From sequence record DRR723986_622: a DNA stretch of 64,000 nt; one strand, written 5' to 3'. The position numbers and the translations under genes were made by a program. Shown in pieces: positions 21,037 to 31,872 of the stretch. Each line of letters opens with the position of its first letter. Within the stretch, counting starts at the first letter, position 1. Under the pieces are notes generated by a model. The model did no database searches. It saw nothing but the letters and a program-made list of their open reading frames with translations, and was not told the origin of the DNA.

Positions 21037-22158
21037 TTATACTTTTATGTAGATTTTTCTTTTATCCATCCCTAATCCAATCAGCCAAATGACCAGCATA
21101 TAGCTGAATGCGAATAGGAAGGAAGCCATTTTGGGCGAAAGCCAACTCGTATAAAAATTCTGATAAATGAATCCTTTCAATGTGGTGTCACCGATTGGAA
21201 TGAGCGACAAAATAGTTACTACAAGTCCAGATAGTACATAAAGAATCAATGGATTTCTCCCAAAGACTTCGAAGAAATAAGTCCAACCTTTCCAGTTTTT
21301 GATTTCGATAACTCCCACTAGAATTGCCAATAAAAGCATGTCAATTCCTACAGTCAGAAGTACGTAAGAGCTCGTCCAGATTTTTTTATTGATAGGAAAA
21401 AAGATATCCCAAACGTAGCTTACGATAATCAGAACTACTCCTATAGCGAGCAATCTCTTGATGGCTGGCATTGTATTGCCCAGTTTTTGAATCATTTTTC
21501 CAGCCAAATAACCGGCAATAACATTCACGATTGCAGGAAGCGTACTTAAAATTCCTTCGGGATCAAATGGAATTCCCTCACCACCATACATTCTTTCTGG
21601 TCCCATGAGTGCTAGGTCAAGTTTGATGGCTGCATTGCCAGTAAGTGAATAAGGGTCTCCAGAATCACCAAAGAAATACATGATCGCCCAATAGCCAAGT
21701 AGCGCAATGGCGCTGAATATCCATGCTCTTCTAATTCCTCCATAATACAAAACAACCGCACCAAAGAAATAGCATAAAGCGATTCTCTGCAAAACTCCGA
21801 AAAGTCTCACTTCAAGAATATTTGTCACGTCATAAAATGGGAATGCGCTTAAGAGCCACCCAATCATAAAAATCAATACAGTCCGTTTACCTACTTTTTT
21901 GAAGAATTCAGCGCTTGGCATTTGCTGAAGCTTTTTCATAGAGAAACTCATCGCATTTCCCACAACAAATAGAAATGTGGGGAACACAAGGTCGGTGGGG
22001 GTAAAGCCATGCCACTTTGCGTGAGCAAGCGGAGCAAATAAATTACTCCAGTCCCCAGCAGTATTGACTATAATCATGAACGCAATAGTTAATCCGCGTA
22101 AGACGTCCAAGGCCAGGTATCTATTGTTCAGGCCAGTGGAGATAGAATTTTGGGCCAT
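21037..22158 (-). CDS. Heparan-alpha-glucosaminide N-acetyltransferase (HGSNAT/NagX)-like membrane acyltransferase
   Basis: RYLALDVLRGLTIAFMIIVN, HAKWHGFTPTDLVFPTFLF, GVLQRIA, FDPEG, PINKKIWTSSY. Confidence 0.87.
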   Translation of the reverse strand: MAQNSISTGLNNRYLALDVLRGLTIAFMIIVNTAGDWSNLFAPLAHAKWHGFTPTDLVFPTFLFVVGNAMSFSMKKLQQMPSAEFFKKVGKRTVLIFMIGWLLSAFPFYDVTNILEVRLFGVLQRIALCYFFGAVVLYYGGIRRAWIFSAIALLGYWAIMYFFGDSGDPYSLTGNAAIKLDLALMGPERMYGGEGIPFDPEGILSTLPAIVNVIAGYLAGKMIQKLGNTMPAIKRLLAIGVVLIIVSYVWDIFFPINKKIWTSSYVLLTVGIDMLLLAILVGVIEIKNWKGWTYFFEVFGRNPLILYVLSGLVVTILSLIPIGDTTLKGFIYQNFYTSWLSPKMASFLFAFSYMLVIWLIGLGMDKRKIYIKV

Positions 22159-22271
22159 TTAAGTGGGGGATAAGGGATAAAAGATGGGGTTTTTCTGTAG
22201 GGTTAAGATAAAATATTATCTTGTTCTTTACTTGAAAACAGACTTTTTATCCACCCAAAAATATAAATCAG

Positions 22272-23156
22272 ATGAAAAATATTTCCATTGATGATTTTAA
22301 AGTGACCAAAGCTATTTGCCTCAAAGATGTTCCTACATCCATAGACTTGGAAGCTTCTGAAAAAAAGAAGGAGAAAGAACTCAATAAGCTGAGGGAAAAA
22401 TTAAGTGATCATCAGGATACGATGTATGCCCATAATAAATACGCTGTCCTCATCTGCCTGCAAGGAATGGATACTGCGGGCAAAGACAGTTTGATTCGGG
22501 AGGTTTTCAAAGAGTTTAATCCACGCGGAGTTGTGGTACATAGCTTTAAGACTCCCTCTAAACTGGAGTTGCAGCATGATTTTCTCTGGAGACATATCAT
22601 AGCACTGCCTCAACGTGGCAAATATGGAGTTTTTAACCGTACGCATTACGAGAATGTACTGGTGACGCGAGTTCACCCAGTCTATATCTTGGGGGAAAAT
22701 ATCCCGGGGATCAATTCTGTGGATGATATAACGGAGGAGTTTTGGGAAAAAAGATTTGAGCAGATCAATAACTTCGAAAAGCAAATCAGTGATAATGGTA
22801 CGATTGTGTTAAAGTTTTTTCTGCATCTGGGAAAAGAGGAACAGCGGCAGCGATTGCTAAGACGCCTCAATAAGCAAAAACATAACTGGAAGTTTTCCCC
22901 TGGTGATCTCAAAGAGCGGGAGCGCTGGGATGACTATCAGAAGTGCTACGAAGAAGCAATTAATAAGACTTCCAAACCACATGCTCCGTGGTATATTATC
23001 CCGTCAGATAATAAAGAAGCTGCTCGTGTTCTAGTTGCAAAAGCTATTTTGGAGAAAATGAATTCTCTAAATGATATTCAGGAACCAACACTGGAAGAAG
23101 AAGTTAAGCAAAATATAGAGATGTATAAGGAGATTTTAAGTAAGGAAAAGAATTGA
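22272..23156 (+). CDS. ppk2: Polyphosphate kinase 2 family (class III-type polyP:nucleotide phosphotransferase)
   Basis: Walker A QGMDTAGKD, FNRTHYE, WKFSPGDLKER, APWYIIP. Confidence 0.92.
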   Translation: MKNISIDDFKVTKAICLKDVPTSIDLEASEKKKEKELNKLREKLSDHQDTMYAHNKYAVLICLQGMDTAGKDSLIREVFKEFNPRGVVVHSFKTPSKLELQHDFLWRHIIALPQRGKYGVFNRTHYENVLVTRVHPVYILGENIPGINSVDDITEEFWEKRFEQINNFEKQISDNGTIVLKFFLHLGKEEQRQRLLRRLNKQKHNWKFSPGDLKERERWDDYQKCYEEAINKTSKPHAPWYIIPSDNKEAARVLVAKAILEKMNSLNDIQEPTLEEEVKQNIEMYKEILSKEKN

Positions 23157-23166
23157 ATCCTTTTCC

Positions 23167-25296
23167 TTATTTATTGAAAATCACCTCATCAACAAACACC
23201 CAACCTTTATCACCAGCAAATGGATGCCATTTTGGTAGGCTAGAAAGTGGTGTTAATGTAATCTTGAGCTTTTCGTAGCTGCTACTCCCTAGGTTCATAT
23301 TCATTAGCTCCGTTCTCGCTGGCGCTGCCTTAGCCGATACTTCTGGAGAATTACTGGCTAGGAGTTGCCATTTTCCATTTTCTAATCCTTGAATTGTCAC
23401 TTTGGAGGGAGGGAAAATATGAGCACCCTCATTATAAAGTAAACTGATTGACACTTCAGTCGGCTTGCTTTCTTGCTCAAAACTCACTTCCAACACCATA
23501 GGATCGTCCTGAAAACCCAGCCATTTTTGCCCATGATTTGGAGGATCTGCTTTTTCTGAATCGAAAAGTGTGGCAACTCCCGCTGCTTTGTATTTAGGGT
23601 TTGGATCGAAAGCTAAAGATGACTCAGAAGGTTTGAATCCTGAGTGTATAAAAACTGATTCAGATCCCTTTGAACTCTTCCAATCTTTAGCATAAGCTTT
23701 CGCTATTATTTTCCCCGTCTTTTTTGTAAAAATTGGCTTCGAGTAAATTGGGCTGCTAATACTATCCGGCTCTGTGCCATCTAAGGTATAGCGAATCTCT
23801 GCAGTTTTGATAGGATGGGAAATGCTAATTTCCAAGCTGTCCTCATAGATCATTTTATCCTGAGAAATAATAGGGCTGTTCAACTCATAAATAATCCCTT
23901 TTCCATCAAACCCAAAAACTATTTCAGTGTCTGGAAGTGCTTTTTGAATGGATTCCTTATCCTGCGAACTTAATCCAGTTTGCCAAATGAAAAGCTTTTT
24001 AAGTCCATTCATCTTTGAGAGATTTTGTAAAGATGAATTATCTATTACATTCCCTGAAATAGCTAGGACTTCAAGACTTTTGAGTTCAGAAACTATTTTG
24101 AGCTGCTCAGCATCTAAGTCTGTGAAATTCAACTGGAGTTCTTCCAAGTGCGTGAAATCCTTCAGGAATTTTAAATCTATTCCAGCTAAAGGCATTTTAT
24201 TTAGGCTAAACCGGACTACCTGATCCTTTACTTTTTTAAGGTCAGTCAGGGATTTAGGCTGAAATGCTGAAATACCAAAATAGGAAACATCCAGAGCTGG
24301 TGATTCAGGAAAAAGCGGCATTACTGATCGGAATGAAGTATTCAGCTCATCTATGGCTTCTGGGTCTGCTGCTTCAAAAGAGTAAATTTTATTTCCTTCA
24401 AACTTCACAGATGCCAATTGGAAGAGCTCATTTTTGGGGGGAAGTGTTACTAGTTTCTGATCAAAACTAGCTCCAGAGGCTACCCACTCACTTAGAATCA
24501 ACAGTTCTTCATCTGTTAATTGTGCCTTATTCTTGGGAGGCATGTGTTTTTTATCATCTTCTGGGAGATTGATTCGCTGGATGAGCAGGGATTTTTCGAA
24601 ATCCCCAGCCAAAACGAAAGGACCTGATTTGCCACCTTTTTGTAGGCCTTCGATATGATCCATTCTTAGCTCTCCTTTAATTTTGCCCTCTTTGTGACAG
24701 CTTACACATTTTGCCTGCAAAATAGGCTGGACTACATCTCCAAAAATCTCAGCCTCCGCTAAAGGGATTACTTCAATTTCGTCAGTCTGAATGGGAGCTA
24801 AAAGAAAGTCTTCCCCGTGAGTCAAACCCGCGCCCCAATGTCCAGTCGCAATGATAGCCAATGCCAATGCTATACTCGAAAACCTAATAAGATTGGCTTT
24901 GATTGATCTAAAGAAATAGAGTAAAACACATCCAACAAAAACCGCTAATCCACCCCATTTATGCCAGGTTAAAATCTCTCCAGTATATTCTTCCTGAGCT
25001 AAAATCAATCCTGCTATCACGGTAATGCCAGCAAAATTACAACCGGCCAGAAAGCTGATTTCTCCTATTTCTCTAATCTCAGGTTTTTTGTCAATTCCTG
25101 GAATCCAGAAGAAGAGTAAACCCATTAAGAGCAGAACAATAGGAAAGTGTAATAAAATAGGATGGCTTCTGCCTACGACCTGAAGCCAATCGGGCAAAAC
25201 CAGTGCATTTCCAGCTAAAGTGATGATAAGGGTAAGACCTATCCAAACGAAAAGCGTGTTTTCCAGAATTGATCTGATCGAAGAAATCTTGAGCAT
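23167..25296 (-). CDS. Multidomain membrane protein: DUF2231-like TM region, planctomycete-type cytochrome c, LRR, Fn3-associated domain and discoidin-like C-terminus
   Basis: HPILLHFPI and H-G motifs in TMs, KCVSCH...MPP heme motif, LRR-like repeats, IRYTLDGTEP, WVFVDEV; ATG at 25296 preferred. Confidence 0.78.
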   Translation of the reverse strand: MLKISSIRSILENTLFVWIGLTLIITLAGNALVLPDWLQVVGRSHPILLHFPIVLLLMGLLFFWIPGIDKKPEIREIGEISFLAGCNFAGITVIAGLILAQEEYTGEILTWHKWGGLAVFVGCVLLYFFRSIKANLIRFSSIALALAIIATGHWGAGLTHGEDFLLAPIQTDEIEVIPLAEAEIFGDVVQPILQAKCVSCHKEGKIKGELRMDHIEGLQKGGKSGPFVLAGDFEKSLLIQRINLPEDDKKHMPPKNKAQLTDEELLILSEWVASGASFDQKLVTLPPKNELFQLASVKFEGNKIYSFEAADPEAIDELNTSFRSVMPLFPESPALDVSYFGISAFQPKSLTDLKKVKDQVVRFSLNKMPLAGIDLKFLKDFTHLEELQLNFTDLDAEQLKIVSELKSLEVLAISGNVIDNSSLQNLSKMNGLKKLFIWQTGLSSQDKESIQKALPDTEIVFGFDGKGIIYELNSPIISQDKMIYEDSLEISISHPIKTAEIRYTLDGTEPDSISSPIYSKPIFTKKTGKIIAKAYAKDWKSSKGSESVFIHSGFKPSESSLAFDPNPKYKAAGVATLFDSEKADPPNHGQKWLGFQDDPMVLEVSFEQESKPTEVSISLLYNEGAHIFPPSKVTIQGLENGKWQLLASNSPEVSAKAAPARTELMNMNLGSSSYEKLKITLTPLSSLPKWHPFAGDKGWVFVDEVIFNK

Positions 25297-25303
25297 ACGG
25301 ATT

Positions 25304-26758
25304 TTAGGCAATTAAATCTTTTACAACCTTGCCCGAGACGTCAGTCAGGCGATACCTTCTTCCTAGATGTTTGTAAGTCATGCGCTCATGATCGATTCCC
25401 ATCAAGTGGAGCATGGTGGCTTGGAAATCGTGCACGTGAACCGGGTTTTCGGTGATATTATAGCCAAACTCATCAGTTTCACCATAAACCATTCCTGACT
25501 TCACGCCGCCTCCGGCCATCCAAATCGAGAATGCACGAGGGTGATGATCGCGACCGTAATTATCTACTTGGATTTTTCCTTGGCAGTAATTCGTTCTTCC
25601 AAATTCTCCACCCCAGATGACCAAAGTTTCATCCAGTAAGCCTCTTTGCTTCAAATCGGTAATTAGGGCTGCTGATGCCTGATCGACATCTTCGGCTTGC
25701 AGGCGCATTTCATTTGGCAAATTGCCATGCTGATCCCAGCCTTGATGGTAGAGTTGCACGAATCGGACGCCACTTTCTGATAGCTTTCTAGCCAAAAGGC
25801 AATTGGCTGCATAGGTGCCTGGGACCAAGCAATCCGGTCCGTAAAGTTTTATAATACTTTCAGGTTCTTTGGATACGTCGGTCATTTCCGGCACCGCCGT
25901 TTGCATGCGGTAGGCCATTTCGTACTGCTTGACTTTCGCGGAAATCTCTGGATCATTGAATTGCTTCATGCTCAGGTCATTCATTGCAGCAATTTGATCT
26001 ATCATCTTTCTGCGCTCTGAGCGACTCATGGATTCTGGGTCCTTGAGATAAAGAACTGGATCTTCAGAATTGGAAAACTGTACGCCTTGGTGCGTTGCGT
26101 CTAAGAATCCATTGCTCCATAATTTTGAATACACTCCCTGGCCGTTACCACGTCCTCGACTTAGCAGAACTGAAAATGCTGGAAGATTACTATTCTCAGA
26201 TCCCAAGCCATAACTCAGCCAGGACCCCATGCTTGGACGGTTGCCTACCTGTGCTCCAGTTTGGAAGAAGGTAAGTGCAGGGTCATGATTGATGGCATCG
26301 GTATGCATGGATTTGACTATGCAGATGTCATCCACAATACCGGCTGTATGTGGAAAAACCTCTGATATCCAGGCTCTGGATTCTCCGTATTGGTCAAACT
26401 TGTAATTTGAGCCAACTAATGGGAAAGAAGATTGACCGGCGGTCATTCCTGTAAGTCTCTGAGTTCCTCGAATGGATTCTGGAAGCTCTTCTCCCATTCT
26501 TTTGATTAACTCTGGCTTATAATCAAAAGATTCTAGTTGACTTGGAGCTCCGTTCTGAAACAAATAAATCACCCGTTTTGCTTTGGGAGCAAAATGCGGT
26601 AGGGCACTGATCATTGCTTCCTCGGCTTCTGATTTTCCGGAGAAAAGATCAGGAACCAAAAGCGATCCTAAAGCCAGACTTCCAACACCAAGACTTAGCC
26701 TGGAAAGAAATTTCCTTCGGTTATGATTCAGCCCTTCTTCTAATAGTTCCTTTTCCAT
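25304..26758 (-). CDS. DUF1501 protein (alkaline-phosphatase-superfamily fold) with Tat signal
   Basis: NRRKFL twin-arginine motif; AKRVIYLFQNGAPSQLESFDYKP, WDQH, GGEFGRT, GRDHHP, HVHDFQAT. Confidence 0.88.
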   Translation of the reverse strand: MEKELLEEGLNHNRRKFLSRLSLGVGSLALGSLLVPDLFSGKSEAEEAMISALPHFAPKAKRVIYLFQNGAPSQLESFDYKPELIKRMGEELPESIRGTQRLTGMTAGQSSFPLVGSNYKFDQYGESRAWISEVFPHTAGIVDDICIVKSMHTDAINHDPALTFFQTGAQVGNRPSMGSWLSYGLGSENSNLPAFSVLLSRGRGNGQGVYSKLWSNGFLDATHQGVQFSNSEDPVLYLKDPESMSRSERRKMIDQIAAMNDLSMKQFNDPEISAKVKQYEMAYRMQTAVPEMTDVSKEPESIIKLYGPDCLVPGTYAANCLLARKLSESGVRFVQLYHQGWDQHGNLPNEMRLQAEDVDQASAALITDLKQRGLLDETLVIWGGEFGRTNYCQGKIQVDNYGRDHHPRAFSIWMAGGGVKSGMVYGETDEFGYNITENPVHVHDFQATMLHLMGIDHERMTYKHLGRRYRLTDVSGKVVKDLIA

Positions 26759-26759
26759 G

Positions 26760-29072
26760 TTAGCTCTTGGTAATGGTTTCTTCCAGATTGTAAATGCTTA
26801 CGATCACTTGCATAAGTGCTGCTGTTTCCGGGTTTATGTTCTTTTCTTCCAAAGGATGTTCTCCAACGCTCAAGGTAGGGAGAACCTGATCTGGATTATC
26901 TTTAAATCGTGTGAGTTGATCTTCGTAGTAGGAGAGCAAGATTGACATTTCCTCATTACTCATGTCCCTACAAACGATGCGTTTGAATGAGGTAGAAATA
27001 GCTTTTTTACCATCGGTATTTTCCTCCCACATTTTGCTGGCAAGAACTCTCGAAGCTTCGAGAATCATAGGATCATTCATCATCACCAATGCCTGAAGCG
27101 GAGTATTTGTCCTACTTCTACCAATCTCACATCGATCTCTATTACTGGAGTCAAAAATGATAGCCTTTGGAGGCGGTACAGTTAATTTGATAAAATTGTA
27201 CAAGCCTCTACGATAGAGTTTGTCACCTTTATCTTGAATGTAAGTAGCCAAAACACCCCGTCCAGAAGTTGCGGCTTCCCAAATTCCTTCAGGCATGTAT
27301 GGTTTGACACTTGGCCCTCCAAGTTTTCTTACAAGTAAACCACTACTAGCCAATACCAAATCCTGAATATTTTCTGCTGGAAGTCTAAGGCGAGGAGCTC
27401 TTGCTAGATATAAATTTGCAGGATCAGTATTGAGGTGTTTTTCGGTGATGACTGCAGATTGTTTATACGTAGCTGAAGTCAGAATTTGCTTCATTAGGCG
27501 CTTGATATCCCAGCCATTTTCCATAAAGTCCACAGCTAGCCAATCCAATAACTCAGGGTGCGTGGGAAGATCTCCCTGCATGCCAAAGTCTCCTGCGGAT
27601 TTGACGATTCCTTGGCCAAAAACCTCTTGCCACATCAAATTTACAAATACACGCGCTGTCAAAGGATTGTCTCGATTTGTCATCCATTTTGCAAGCCCCA
27701 ACCGGTTTTTCTCTAAATCTTCCGGGAATTCCATGATAGAACTAGGGGTAGAAGCGGCAACTTCTACCGTAGGAGCATCATACAGCCCACGATCAAGAAT
27801 ATAAGTTGGTCTAGGTTCCTCCAATTCTCCCATCACAGAAACACTCAACTGAGATGTATCTGCATAATTGATGAAACTCATGATGCCGGAAAGGTCTTCC
27901 TGATCTACAAATAGGATAGGAGTTTTGGCAGGTTTGGATTGAGATACATCGCCTTGGTAGCCTTTCTCAGGAGTATTATTAAAAAAGGCAAACATCTCAT
28001 AATATTCCTTTTGGGAAAATGGATCATACTTATGATCATGACACTGGGCACATTCCATGGTGATTCCCAACAGCCCTTTGCTCACTGTATTTGTTTTATC
28101 AAGCACATATTCAATACGGTATTCTTCGTCGATTACGCCACCTTCCTCTGTGTATTTATGATTTCTGTTGAAAGCTGTTGCTAGTATTTGCTCTTTATTC
28201 GCATCAGGTAACAGATCTCCCGCGAGCTGCCAGGTGACAAATTGGTCGTAAGGCATATTTTCATTAAAGGCATGAATCACCCAATCCCGATAAGGCCACT
28301 GCGTTCGAATATTATCGTCCTGATATCCGTAGCTATCCGAATACCTGGATATATCCATCCAGAGGATAGCCATTTTCTCTCCAAATCCCGGATCATCCAG
28401 TAACCCATCCAGTAAATCCTCGTAGGAAAGTTCACCTGAAAAATCTCCAAATCTATCCAAAACTTCTGGACTAGGAGGTAGGCCTGTAAGGTCTAGACTT
28501 GCCCGCTTGATCAATTCATGTGGTTCAGCTTCAGGGTTAGGTTTTAGACCTTTCTCTTTCATTTTTTTTAATGCGAAGCGATCGATTTCATTGATCGTCC
28601 AGTCTGTTTCTTCCGGTAATTCAGCTTTTTCTGCTTTGATAAAAGCCCAATGCGGTTCGTACTTTGCTCCTTGTTCAATCCACTTTTTGATCAATTGAAT
28701 TTCCGTTTCTGACAAAGCAAGATTGGATTCTGGCGGTGGCATTAACTCACCCGGGTCTTCAGAAATGATTCTATGATAAACTTTGGATTCCTCTATACTC
28801 CCTGGCATGATCACGAATTGTGATGGATCATCCTTTAGCGCTGCATAAGCACCTGCTTCTGTATCGAGTCGAAGATCAGCTTCCCGCTTATTTGCATCTG
28901 GCCCATGGCATACAAAGCATTTGTCTGAAAGTATTGGCCGAATATGGAAGTTATAGCTAACCTGTTCAATCTCCGAAATTTGTATTTCACTAGACTGCTT
29001 GGTGTTACAACTAAAAAATGTTAATCCGAAACACGAGAAGGCAAGAAGTCTATATAAGTTTGGGTACGTCAT
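26760..29072 (-). CDS. PSD1/planctomycete cytochrome c domain lipoprotein (PSCyt1 + DUF1549 + DUF1553)
   Basis: Lipobox FFSC; CFVCHGPD...MPP; LDLTGLPP; CAQCHDHKYDP; PTHPELLDWLA; TNTPLQAL. Confidence 0.88.
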   Translation of the reverse strand: MTYPNLYRLLAFSCFGLTFFSCNTKQSSEIQISEIEQVSYNFHIRPILSDKCFVCHGPDANKREADLRLDTEAGAYAALKDDPSQFVIMPGSIEESKVYHRIISEDPGELMPPPESNLALSETEIQLIKKWIEQGAKYEPHWAFIKAEKAELPEETDWTINEIDRFALKKMKEKGLKPNPEAEPHELIKRASLDLTGLPPSPEVLDRFGDFSGELSYEDLLDGLLDDPGFGEKMAILWMDISRYSDSYGYQDDNIRTQWPYRDWVIHAFNENMPYDQFVTWQLAGDLLPDANKEQILATAFNRNHKYTEEGGVIDEEYRIEYVLDKTNTVSKGLLGITMECAQCHDHKYDPFSQKEYYEMFAFFNNTPEKGYQGDVSQSKPAKTPILFVDQEDLSGIMSFINYADTSQLSVSVMGELEEPRPTYILDRGLYDAPTVEVAASTPSSIMEFPEDLEKNRLGLAKWMTNRDNPLTARVFVNLMWQEVFGQGIVKSAGDFGMQGDLPTHPELLDWLAVDFMENGWDIKRLMKQILTSATYKQSAVITEKHLNTDPANLYLARAPRLRLPAENIQDLVLASSGLLVRKLGGPSVKPYMPEGIWEAATSGRGVLATYIQDKGDKLYRRGLYNFIKLTVPPPKAIIFDSSNRDRCEIGRSRTNTPLQALVMMNDPMILEASRVLASKMWEENTDGKKAISTSFKRIVCRDMSNEEMSILLSYYEDQLTRFKDNPDQVLPTLSVGEHPLEEKNINPETAALMQVIVSIYNLEETITKS

Positions 29073-29282
29073 TTTTGGGTCAAATCGATAGTTAAATCAC
29101 TCTTAAACTAGCGATAATTTGTACAAAAGCTGTCATGATTGGCATTATTTTCTTGCTCTTTTTTAATAAAAGGAAATTAACTTTGTATAAAATATTATTT
29201 ATTTGAAGATTGTTTTGTGATTTTTAGAAATAACTAGCATAGATTTTTCAATACAGGACAAGTAGAAGGTCTATAAACAAAA

Positions 29283-29311
29283 AAAAGCTGCCTATCAAAT
29301 AGGCAGCTTTT
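29283..29311 (-). terminator. Intrinsic terminator downstream of accC
   Basis: AAAAGCTGCCTAT-CAA-ATAGGCAGCTTTT perfect 13-bp stem; A run on the left gives the U tail on the - strand. Confidence 0.85.
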
Positions 29312-29330
29312 CATTTTATGGATTTTTGAT

Positions 29331-30680
29331 TTATCCTTTTATCACTGAGAAGTCAAAGTCTTCCAAGAATTTCGTAGTGAAGATTCCTTCTTTAAATTGT
29401 TCGTTTTCCAACAAAGCGATATGAAAAGGAATGGTTGTTTTGATCCCATCAATTACAAATTCCTCAAGCGCTCTTTTCATTCTTACAATTACTTCTTCTC
29501 TCGACTGTCCACTGACAATCAGCTTGGCAATCATGGAATCGTAATTAGGTGGAATTACATAACCAGCATAAACGTGCGAGTCGATTCTTACACCACGACC
29601 ACCTGGAATATGTAGGTTTTGAATTTTACCTGGACTAGGTCTAAAACCATGTGCAGGATCTTCTGCATTGATTCTACATTCCATAGCATAAAGCTTAGGA
29701 TAGTAGTTTCTTCCAGAGATCGTTTCACCAGCGGCTACTTTGATTTGCTCTTTGATCAAGTCAAAATCTGTAACTTCTTCAGTGATTGGGTGCTCCACTT
29801 GGATACGTGTATTCATCTCCATAAAGAAGAAGTTGCGATGCTTATCAACCAAGAATTCTACTGTTCCAGCACCTTCATAGCCGATAGCTTCTGCACCTTT
29901 AATGGCTGCTTTTCCCATTTCTTCTCTTAACTCATCTGTGATGAATGGGGAAGGGGTTTCTTCAACCAATTTCTGGTGTCTTCTCTGAATGGAGCAATCC
30001 CTCTCAGATAAGTGACAAGCCTTTCCGGTTTTGTCTCCAATAATTTGAATCTCTATGTGGCGAGGTTCTTCAACGTATTTCTCAAGATACAGGCCGTCGT
30101 TTCCGAAAGCTGCACCAGATTCCATTCTTGCGTCGTCCCAAGCTTTTTTGAATCCGGCTTCTTCCTTAACTATCCTCATTCCACGACCACCACCACCGGC
30201 AGTAGCCTTCAGAATAACTGGGTAGCCCATTTCATTGGCAAGCTTGATACCTTGCTCCATCGACTCTAATACCCCTTCAGAACCTGGGATAGTAGGAACT
30301 CCGGCTGCTTTCATGGTTGCCTTAGCCGTAGCCTTGTCGCCCATTTGATTGATCATCTCAGCGCTGGCACCGATAAACTTGATTCCGTATTCTTCACAGA
30401 TTTTAGAAAACTCAGCGTTTTCTGAAAGGAATCCATATCCTGGGTGAATTGCATCTGCATTTGTGATTTCTGCAGCAGCAATGATTCTAGGAATGTTAAG
30501 GTATGAATCTCGGCTTGGAGCCGGACCTATGCAAACAGCTTCATCAGCGAACCTGACATGCAAACTGTCTTTATCCGCAGTGGAATAAACTGCAACAGTT
30601 TCAATCCCCATCTCTTTACAGGTGCGGATGATTCTTAAAGCAATTTCACCTCTATTGGCAATTAGTATTTTTTTAAACAC
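29331..30680 (-). CDS. accC: Acetyl-CoA carboxylase biotin carboxylase subunit
   Basis: [52 protein letters not shown] start. Confidence 0.97.
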   Translation of the reverse strand: MFKKILIANRGEIALRIIRTCKEMGIETVAVYSTADKDSLHVRFADEAVCIGPAPSRDSYLNIPRIIAAAEITNADAIHPGYGFLSENAEFSKICEEYGIKFIGASAEMINQMGDKATAKATMKAAGVPTIPGSEGVLESMEQGIKLANEMGYPVILKATAGGGGRGMRIVKEEAGFKKAWDDARMESGAAFGNDGLYLEKYVEEPRHIEIQIIGDKTGKACHLSERDCSIQRRHQKLVEETPSPFITDELREEMGKAAIKGAEAIGYEGAGTVEFLVDKHRNFFFMEMNTRIQVEHPITEEVTDFDLIKEQIKVAAGETISGRNYYPKLYAMECRINAEDPAHGFRPSPGKIQNLHIPGGRGVRIDSHVYAGYVIPPNYDSMIAKLIVSGQSREEVIVRMKRALEEFVIDGIKTTIPFHIALLENEQFKEGIFTTKFLEDFDFSVIKG

Positions 30681-30704
30681 AGCTATTTATTTTGGGTGAA
30701 AAAA

Positions 30705-31184
30705 TTAACCTGCTGGATCTACAAGGAACAATGGCTGGTCATATTCTACAGGAGTAGAATTGCTAACCAGAATTTTTACAATTTTACCAGAGATTTCAGA
30801 CTCGATTTCATTGAAAAGCTTCATTGCTTCAATGATACAAACAGTCTGACCAGCTTTCACTGAATCACCTACTGCAACAAATGGATCAGCATCCGGGCTT
30901 GAAGTAAGGTAGAAGGTTCCAATCATCGGAGATTTGATCTCTATTAAATTAGAAGGAGCTTCAGCTGGGGGTGGTGCCGCGGCTGGAGCAGGAGCTGCAG
31001 CTGGCGCAGGTGTTGGAGAAGCTGCCGGTGCTGGTGCTGGAGTGGAAACTTCAACCATTCTCTGGGCAGAAGAATCAGCATATTTTTTAATAGAAAGTTC
31101 AAACTCGTCAGTCTTGATTTTAACTTCCGCCAAACCAGAATTGGAGATGTAATCGATCAACTCCTGAATCTCTTTTGCTTTCAT
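30705..31184 (-). CDS. accB: Biotin carboxyl carrier protein
   Basis: [13 protein letters not shown] biotinylation motif, Ala/Pro linker; ATG at 31184 preferred. Confidence 0.96.
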   Translation of the reverse strand: MKAKEIQELIDYISNSGLAEVKIKTDEFELSIKKYADSSAQRMVEVSTPAPAPAASPTPAPAAAPAPAAAPPPAEAPSNLIEIKSPMIGTFYLTSSPDADPFVAVGDSVKAGQTVCIIEAMKLFNEIESEISGKIVKILVSNSTPVEYDQPLFLVDPAG

Positions 31185-31279
31185 AGGTATATTATTTAGA
31201 ATGCCAATTGGCAAATTTGTTAGTGATTTATTAAAGAATAAGTCTTAGTAATTTAAGGAAATCAGAATGACTTATGTAC

Positions 31280-31843
31280 TTATTTTACTCTTTCTGAATA
31301 TGAACCGTCTCGGGTATCAACTTTGATTAGGATATCCTGCTCAACAAATAAGGGAACCATTACGGTTGCACCGGTTTCCACAGTTGCAGGTTTTAAAGCG
31401 TTTGTAGCCGTATCTCCTTTGATGCCAGGTTCTGTGTAAGTAATCATCAGTTCTACGAATGGAGGAAGCTCAACAGCAAGTGGAGTTTCTGTTTCGTCAT
31501 GAATTAAAATATCAACAAGCTGTCCATCTTTCAAAAGATTTGCTCGTTCGATAAGCTTCTCCTCAATGGAGATTTGCTCAAAAGTGGTCGTATCCATGAA
31601 GTTGTACCCCATGTCATCAGCATAAAGGAACTGATGAGGTCTCTTTTCCACTCTAGCAGTTTCTACTTTTTCACCTGCACTGAATGTTTTGTCCAGCGTT
31701 TTTCCGGAAGTTATGCCTTTCATTTTGGTCCTTACAAATGCAGGGCCTTTTCCAGGTTTGACGTGCTGAAATTCGACAATCGTGTAGATGTCATTATTCA
31801 TGACCAAACAAAGTCCGTTTTTAAAATCTGCAGTACTAGCCAT
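31280..31843 (-). CDS. efp: Elongation factor P
   Basis: [35 protein letters not shown]. Confidence 0.97.
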   Translation of the reverse strand: MASTADFKNGLCLVMNNDIYTIVEFQHVKPGKGPAFVRTKMKGITSGKTLDKTFSAGEKVETARVEKRPHQFLYADDMGYNFMDTTTFEQISIEEKLIERANLLKDGQLVDILIHDETETPLAVELPPFVELMITYTEPGIKGDTATNALKPATVETGATVMVPLFVEQDILIKVDTRDGSYSERVK

Positions 31844-31872
31844 ACTATTATTATCGTATTATTTTTTTAAAC

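Noticed and set aside
25304-26758. Calling the DUF1501 protein a sulfatase
   Set aside because: No C/S-x-P-x-R formylglycine motif is visible, so only a fold-level relationship is supportable
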